Under the pieces are notes generated by a model. That model was not told the origin of the DNA. It ran no database searches and saw nothing but the letters and a program-made list of their open reading frames with translations. DNA of 64,000 nt from Macrostomum lignano. Lineage: Eukaryota. This document shows, piece after piece, positions 56,030 to 64,000 of this stretch. The position numbers were made by a program, and so were the translations under genes. Location: positions 72,942-136,941 of the forward strand of contig NIVC01002430.1 of the NCBI GenBank assembly GCA_002269645.1. The letters run 5' to 3'. Each line of letters begins with the position of its first letter. The first letter of the stretch is position 1.

Positions 56030-59000
56030 TTAGGCTTGGTAATTAGGATTCTTCCTTAGAATGACGAATCCCTCCAACGGCAGGCTGCTGACGGGCTCGT
56101 ACTCCTCGGTGGCCAGTTCGGCACGCTCTCCGTAGGCCAGCAGCACTGGAGTGGTGTGCGTCTGGAATCCCGTGATGGTTTTGGGCCGGCCGGCCTGGCC
56201 AACTGTGTCTACAGCTTGGCCAACTCGGACAGGCACCTGGAATTGTTGTTTAAGTGTGTGTGTGTGTATGCGCGCGATAACCATCCGAGTATGCTCTAGA
56301 TAGAAAACACATAGCGCTGGATGGGGTTTTGCCATAGACAAATTCGGTCAAGAAAAATCTACGCTAGCGATATACTAACGTACTAGCACTCAGCCTAGGG
56401 ACAGGCCCAATCTAGCTCAGCCAATGAGAGAGCAGTAAGGAGAGAAGTCAAAGTCAGACAGACGATAACTCAGCATAGGGGACAGGCCCAATCTAGCTCA
56501 GCCAATGAGAGAGCAGTAAGGAGAGAAGTCAAAGTCAGACAGACGATAACTCAGCATAGGGGACAGGCCCAATCTAGCTCAGCCAATGAGAGAGCAGTAA
56601 GGAGAGAAGTCAAAGTCAGACAGACGATACTCAGCCTAGGGGACAGGCCCAGTCTAGCTCAGCCAATGAGAGAGCAGTAAGGATTGAGGTCAAAGTCAGG
56701 CACAAGCGGGCATGCAAGAGGAAAGCCAAAACTGTTTTTCGACCTGGCTGGGGCTGTGGTGCCACCTCTTTTCGCTCTTGCTCGCTATGCACGCGCACTG
56801 GATTTGGGTGCAGCTTCAAACAGGGTGAAGATGCTAATCTAATAGGACTGTTTGTAGAAAGCCAGAGGCGATTGTTGCAGGTTAAAAACTTTAAATAGCC
56901 AGCAAAAATTTAACAGATTTTATTAACTATAATAAAGGAAAAACGCTAATTTTACTACTGAAAAAAGTAGATAGGCGCATTTTTTCGAGAGACACCTAGT
57001 TATTTTAATATATTTGTACATGTATTCAATAGCAAACTAAACAAGAAGTAATAAAATTACCTGCATAGGCTGCAAATCGGCATCAAAAGTCATCAGCAGG
57101 CGGGGCTGAATAGCCGGAGTCAGATAGAACAACAGGCAGTCCCAGCCGCTAGCCAGCAGCAGCCGGCGCATGTCAAGCCCGGCAACCAGCACGGCCAATA
57201 GGCCAGCCAGAGCGCCAGGATTATTGAGAAACTTGTCCGAATGGGAGGGCGTCAGCGTTAGCGTGCCCTTGCCCAGATGGGTCAGGCCCTGGGCTAGGCG
57301 GACAGCAAACAGGGCTAGAGGATCTTTAGCGTGATAGCCGGCCAGCTGACGAAGCATAGCAGCCAGACGGGCATTGTTAGTGCCGGCGCCGCACAGGCCC
57401 ATGGCCAGGATGGAGGACAGGGCCACTTCCAGGTCGGAGTCGTGCGAGAACTTGCTGAGCAGGTCCAGCACCTGGCGGGTTTGGCAATGGGTTTCAGTTT
57501 AAATGGCTGGCAGACTACTCAACTAGATTAAAATGTTAGTTGACTGGCACAGCAACTGAGGATGTGGGAGGCAGGCCTAGTAACTAACACTCTGCGAGGC
57601 TGCAGGCCCACTAACTGTGGATCTGAGAAGCTGGCCCAGCAACTGGGGATGCGGGAGGCTGGCCCAGCAACTGAGGATCTGAGAAGCTGGCCCAGCAACT
57701 GAGGATCTGAGAAGCTGGCCCAGCAACTGAGGATCTGAGAATCTGGCCCAGCAACTGAGGATCTGAGAAGCTGGCCCAGCAACTGAGGATCTGAGAATCT
57801 GGCCCAGCAACTGAGGATCTGAGAAGCTGGCCCAGCAACTGAGGATCTGGGAGGCTGGCCCAGCAACTGGGGATGCGGGAGGCTGGCCCAGCAACTGAGG
57901 ATCTGGGAGGCTGGCCCAGCAACTGAGGATCTGGAAGGCTGACCCAGCAACTGAGGATCTGGGAGGCTGGCCCAGCAACTGAGGATCTGGAAGGCTGACC
58001 CAGCAACTGAGGACCTGGGACCAGAACCATGTTAGACCCAGCGGACAAGAGTCTCACCTTAAGCTCCGGATTAGAGGTATAAACCAGGCCAAGCGCAAGC
58101 GGCACAGCCCGTTTAATATTGGCCTCGCCGAATCGCAGCAGATTTCCAAAAATTCGGAAAGCCATATCTTTGCCAACATCTTCGCCCATAGCAACCAGGG
58201 CGACGCCCAGAACGGCGGCGCCTTGAGCATAGGCTGTTGTGGCCTCTTCGGACGACTTTTTATCGGCAGCTGCGGCGGACGGAGAGCCGCTGTTGTTCTC
58301 CAGCGGCCTGCCGCTACTGGCTGTAGAAGTAGACCGACTGCCGCCGCCACCGCTGCTACTGCCGGCATCGCCAGCTCCAATTTCTTCTTGAGCCTTCTCG
58401 CTGAGCAGATGAAGCATGCTTTGCACTTTGAGCACATTGCCTGTACAGGCGTAGGCGCATGCTTCGCACAGGACTCTAGCTAGGGAACGGACTGGCTCTT
58501 CTACGGCTGCCAGGCCGGCTAGAACCGGCTCGGCCGCTTCCTGCCTGCCTAAGCAGCACAGCGCCAAGCCGAGAGCGTGCAGCCTAGCCAGCGGCTTCAC
58601 CCGGTCGCCAGGCGGAGCCTCCAACAGGCTCTGCAGAATGCTCGACGTCACATCCGAGTGCAGAGTGCCGGCAGCGATCACGCCGCAGGACAGGGCGGCC
58701 AGGGCGGCCTGCTCAGGCTTGCCCTGCTCAGTGATGAGCGGCTGCAGCTTAGCAATGGCCGATTCGCCGCCACTGCCTCGGCCAGCATAAGCCACTCCCA
58801 GGCCGATTAGCGCGGCTTTGTTCAGACAGGAGGTCTTATTCTCAACGTAGTCGGCTAGCAGGGCCAGAGCCGGCTCGCATTCGTTGCGCACGCCAGAGTT
58901 AACAACGCCACAGGCTAGCAGAGCGCCGGCTTTGATGTTGTCGTCCTGGCAGTAGGGTTTTAGGTTGCCATGGTTGAGAGTTGGGTGATAGCCTATTAAG

Positions 59001-62000
59001 GTGCTTAGTGAATCAGGGACTCAATAACTAATGAAAATGCTTGCTAAGGTATAGATGGTTGCTATGGGATAGATGGTTGCTATATGGGATAGATAGTTGC
59101 TATGGGATAGATGGTTGCTATGGGATAGATAGTTGCTATGGGATAGATGGTTGCTATGGGATATATGGTTGCTATGGGATAGTTGCTATGAAAATATGAA
59201 ATAGATGGTTGCTATGAAATAGATGGTTGCTATGGGATAGAGGGTTGCTATGGTATTGATGGTTGCTAAGGTATAGATGGTTGCTATGGGATAGATGGTT
59301 GCTAAGGTATAGATGTTTGCTAAGGTACATATGGTTGCTATGGGATAGATGGTTGCTATGGGATGGATGGTTGCTATGGGATAAATAGATGCTATTGCAT
59401 AGGAAATGGCCGGTTGATATTGGATAGGAGTCACTCACCTGCAAATACAGGTACTTGTCAATCTGTACCAGACCGCCGTCCACATCCCACAGTAGCAGCC
59501 AGCCAAGAGTAGCCACTGATGACATCATGCCGGCATCCTTATTCCTATAGATCCACTTCATTTTGTTATCGTCTTCCATCAGCAGTTTGTCCCGGCCAAA
59601 GCCGCAGTTAACTAGGCCATTAACGTAGGATGAGGCGAGATTCTGCCTAGCCGAATCCACCGTGCCAGTGCTCATGCGAGTGGGCTCCAGGTGCGACTTG
59701 TAGATATCCTCTGGCAGCTGGATATTGAATTTTTCACGGCAGAATTTAATAATAGTTTAATAATATTGATGAATTCCATCAATTAAGTGCATCGATCAGT
59801 TACGCGATTCACACCCAAGTGTATGAATATGCTAAGGAGTCAATGTCCCCGAAGACGTTGCGCGCCAGGGTGCCCACAATCCTACCAGTACTTGTGCGAG
59901 CATTTATTTTTACGTAATTTTACCTAGCTATGCATCTCTTTCTTCTCTTCTGCCCCTGTAGCCTAGTGGTCGGGGGTTCGATCCCCGATCCCACTGGAAC
60001 AATTTGTGTCCTTGTGCAAGACGCTTAACTCTGCATTGCTTCAGTTAACCCAGCTGTGAAATGGGTGCCAGCATTGGCTGGGGTAATTGAGGCTGTGTGT
60101 GGCGACCCCCCAGCCGTACGGCAGCCTTCAGATGCGCCGCGCAATAGCTGCGGCTGAGCTGTCGGTTGCACATCTGGCCCAATTGGGGCAGGTGTAATCA
60201 ATTATTATTATGATTCTGGAGTCAGAGGATTGGGCAGAATTGCCATGCACGCCATCCCCATACCTTAGGCTCCATAATATCGAGCTCCCGGCCCAATGCG
60301 TGGAAATGCTCATTCAGCCTGGCATTGGCCATCAGCTCGCTGAGCAGTTCCGCATCATCGTAGGCGTCTTCGTCCCAGTCAACGGCGAACTGCTGCCTGC
60401 CCAGCAGACAGGCGAGCTGCTTGCGCACTGTAGGATCGGGCGTCTCAGCGAACTGTTTGGAAACCAGCTCGGGACTGTTCAACTTCAAAGCGCACCGCAT
60501 TGCGTTGCCTTGGTCGCCGAATTTCAGGTAGATTCGCCTGGCCGTGTCGAGCACAGCTGTCCAGTCCTCGTCTGGCAGGTAGGGCACGCAGCTGGTCAGG
60601 TAGAGGCACACTCGCTGGTAATTGGCCTTTGGGAGGGAGAAGAGGGGGGTTATACGATCCTGATGAAGGCTAGGCTAAGAAGCGCCTCAGAGTCACTTCG
60701 TCTTTGCAGGTAACACAGGTAAAATAGGCAAGGTCTCTACTAGACGACTCTAAAATGACGAGATGTCACGGTACAAGTCGTCAAATAGTCGCTGTGTCTG
60801 GGGCCATATTGATTTTACTCTGCAGATTAATTAAAACCAGATTAATGCTACTATACTACACTAGACTGGTTGCTATTGGAAACCAGATTAATGCTACTAT
60901 ACTACACTAGACTGGTTGCTATTGGAAACCAGATTAATGCTACTATACTACACTAGACTGGTTGCTATTGGAAACCAGATTAATGCGTTAGCGTTACTAT
61001 ACTACACTAAACTGGTTGCTATTGGAAACCAGATTAATGCGTTACTATACTACACTAAACTGGTTGCTATTGGAAACCAGATTAATGCGTTACTATACTA
61101 CACTAAACTGGTTGCTATTGGAAACCAGATTAATGCTACTATACTACACTAAACTGGTTGCTATTGGAAACCAGATTAATGCGTTACTATACTACACTAA
61201 ACTGGTTGCTATTGGAACCAGATTAATGCTACTATACTACACTAAACTGGTTGCTATTGGAAACCAGATTAATGCTACTATACTACACTAAACTGGTTGC
61301 TATTGAAACCAGATTAATGCGTTACTATACTACACTAGACTGGTTGCTATTGGAAACCAGATTAATGCGTTACTATACTACACTAAACTGGTTGCTATTG
61401 GAAACCAGATTAATGCTACTATACTACACTAAACTGGTTGCTATTGGAAACCAGATTAATGCGTTACTATACTACACTAAACTGGTTGCTATTGGAAACC
61501 AGATTAATGCTACTATACTACACTAAACTGGTTGCTATTGGAAACCAGATTAATGCTATATACACTAACTAACTGGTTGCTATTGGAAACCAGATTAATG
61601 CGTTACTATACTACACTAGACTGGTTGCTATTGGAAACCAGATTAATGCTACTATACTACACTAGACTGGTTGCTATTGGAACCAGATTAATGCTACTAT
61701 ACTACACTAGACTGGTTGCTATTGGAAACCAGATTAATGCTACTATATACTACACTAGACTGGTTGCTATTGGAAACCAGATTAATGCTACTATACTACA
61801 CTAGACTGGTTGCTATTGGAAACCAGATTAATGCTACTATGCTACACTAGACTGGTTGCTGTTGGAAACCAGATTAATGCTACTATACTACACTAGACTG
61901 GTTGCTATTGGAAACCAGATTAATGCTACTATACTACACTAGACTGGTTGCTATTGGAAACCAGATTAATGCTACTATACTACACTAGACTGGTTGCTAT

Positions 62001-63841
62001 TGGAAACCAGATTAATGCTACTATACTACACTAGACTGGTTGCTATTGGAAACAGATTAATGCTACTATACTACACTAGACTGGTTGCTATTGGAAACCA
62101 GATTAATGCTACTATACTCACTAGACTGGTTGCTATTGGAAACCAGATTAATGCTACTATACTACACTAGACTGGTTGCTGTTGGAACCAGATTAATGCT
62201 ACTATACTACACTAGACTGGTTGCTATTGGAACCAGATTAATGCTACTATACTACACTAGACTGGTTGCTGTTGGAAAACCAGATTAATGCTACTATACT
62301 ACACTAGACTGGTTGCTGTTGGAAACCAGATTAATGCTACTATAACTACACTAGACTGGTTGCTATTGGAAACCAGATTAATGCTACTATACTACACTAG
62401 ACTGGTTGCTATTGGAAACCAGATTAATGCTACTATACTACACTAGACTGGTTGCTATTGGAAACCAGATTAATGCTACTATACTACACTAGACTGGTTG
62501 CTGTTGGAAACCAGATTAATGCTACTATACTACTAGACTGGTTGCTATTGGAAACCAGATTAATAATGCTACTATACTACACTAGACTGGTTGCTATTGG
62601 AAACCAGATTAATGCTACTATACTACACTAGACTGGTTGCTATTGGAAACCAGATTAATGCTACTATACTACACTAGACTGGTTGCTATTGAAACCAGAT
62701 TAATGCTACTATACTACACTAGACTGGTTGCTATTGGAAACCAGATTAATGCTACTATGCTACACTAGACTGGTTGCTATTGGAAACCAAACTTAATCTG
62801 AGCAAACAAATAAACTAAAGCAGCCCTACAAAAAACACAGACAGCCGCAGTTTATCTCACCTGGCCAGTATGCTTTTCAAGCATAGCCAATTGGCCAGTT
62901 TCAACGCACAAATCGATGGCCTCAGACTCGGCATTGTGGCTCATATGATAAGGTATGATAAGCTGCACAGTGACAACAGTTGGTCGCGAGTAATCCGAAT
63001 CCGCCGGCAGCTGGCCCGTCCTCCTCCATGGGTTCTTCGCCGTCCTCGTCGCCGCTTTCGTCATTGTCTTCGTCGTTGTCTTTCTTGCTGTCAGCACCGG
63101 ACTGTTGTCGCTGCTGGCGACGCTCCAGGACGCTGTCGAAGCATCTGCTGTTGTTCAGCCTCGGCCATGGCCTCCCATTCCAGCACGCACTGGCCAGTGA
63201 GATGCCGGACGTACTCGTGCCCCAGGCGCCGATATCTTCGCCGCTGCCTAAGAATCGATAGCGCAGCGAATCGGTGCGGAACTCCGGCTTATCCACGGCG
63301 GTCATGGCCAGCACGGAGACAATGTCGGCGCACAGTCGCTTAGTAGGGCCGTCGGGAATTTTTACGTACACTTCGTTGCGCAACGATTCGTAATGCGGCC
63401 GAAGAAATTTCAACGGTTTAGGAGCCGAAATCATTGAAGTTGTTGATGAGCGGATTAAATTCCGCAGACTCTCCAGAGCTGGCTTGTACAGGTTGGAGTC
63501 CGACTCCTGTTGGGCAATTGATTTTAATTGATTTATTGGGATTTCAAGTAAGGGGAACTTCCCACCTTCATAACGTCTGTTCGAGTCTGTTCGCGGCGAA
63601 ATTCATTTAGCCGCGAGTTGTAGTGCGAATCACACACATGGTGGCCAACCCCAAGGCACACAGAGTATACATGCCTGACGATTAGAAGTCAGGGACACTG
63701 CTGTACACCCGTGTGAGCGTGTGTACGAGTGCTCAGAACTGCCTTACTGCTGCTTGAGAGACAAAGTTAATTCAGCCATCTCACCTGAAGCCGCTCAACT
63801 AGCATGTTGAGCTCGTCTTTTAGCTGGGCATCTTCTTCGGA
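56030..63841 (-). CDS. PSMD2: 26S proteasome non-ATPase regulatory subunit 2 (Rpn1), 5'-partial; complement(join(63785..63841,62861..63506,60264..60626,59439..59717,58058..58945,57061..57471,56030..56236)); frameshifts in 62861..63506
   Basis: [31 protein letters not shown](H)[65 protein letters not shown]; GT-AG introns. Confidence 0.92.
56387..56700 (+). repeat. 81-bp tandem repeat, about 4 copies, last PSMD2 intron
   Basis: GACAGGCCC recurs at 56400, 56481, 56562 and 56642. Confidence 0.93.
57550..58020 (-). repeat. 28-bp minisatellite (same family as DNAJC21 intron 1) in a PSMD2 intron
   Basis: Reverse complement of the 20680-21235 unit. Confidence 0.94.
59040..59395 (+). repeat. About 20-bp minisatellite GGGATAGATGGTTGCTAT in a PSMD2 intron
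   Basis: Visible array. Confidence 0.92.
59952..60215 (+). mobile_element. tRNA-derived SINE with CORE/V-like central domain and (ATT)n tail
   Basis: A-box TAGCCTAGTGG (59959-59969), B-box GGTTCGATCC (59975-59984), GTGTCCTTGTGCAAGACGCTTAAC and ACCCAGCTGTGAAATGGGTGCC segments typical of CORE/V-type SINEs, ATT tail. Confidence 0.72.
60830..62790 (+). repeat. 46-bp minisatellite GGTTGCTATTGGAAACCAGATTAATGCTACTATACTACACTAGACT, PSMD2 intron
   Basis: 46-bp period visible (60841/60887), about 42 copies. Confidence 0.97.
63643..63692 (-). repeat. Dispersed 50-bp motif, copy 2 (PSMD2 intron)
   Basis: CTGACTTCTAATCGTCAGGCATGTATACTCTGTGTGCCTTGGGGTTGGCC matches 27969-28019. Confidence 0.75.
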
Positions 63842-64000
63842 CTAAAAGACAAAAGGAATTAATTTAATGTATACTTTATGTATTAAATATAACAAAAAAG
63901 CAATTTGGTTAACTAATAAAAAGTCTCCCATAGCTTTGATTTACTATTTATTTAGATTAGAAGTACTGACCTAGAAAATTTATTTATTAAATAATGGGAA

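Overview
Eukaryotic (metazoan) genomic DNA with GC-rich exons and GT-AG introns; by rough count about 45-50% of the window is tandem repeat, usually a different minisatellite in each intron. The style resembles the flatworm Macrostomum (inference, not verified). Genes on +: 3' end of an unknown gene, NDUFB10, a RAB29-like GTPase, BCAS2/SPF27 (1-nt frameshift), a J-domain protein that appears to be a DNAJC21 duplicate fused to a C19orf12-like domain, DNAJC21, and a somatomedin-B/class-B-like 7TM receptor (28268-49020). Genes on -: puromycin-sensitive aminopeptidase (nested in the 12.8-kb receptor intron), MRPL9 and PSMD2 (5'-partial, with frameshifts). The standout is a full-length, intact Ingi-like non-LTR retrotransposon (42651-47358, 11-bp TSD) inserted in frame into a poly-Q tract of the receptor. 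It begins with a predicted HDV-like ribozyme whose P1 helix is split by a two-hairpin four-way junction. An AUG-less open leader, a 2A StopGo motif, three PHD-like fingers, APE, RT and RNase H follow. All assignments are by eye; no searches or folding programs were run.
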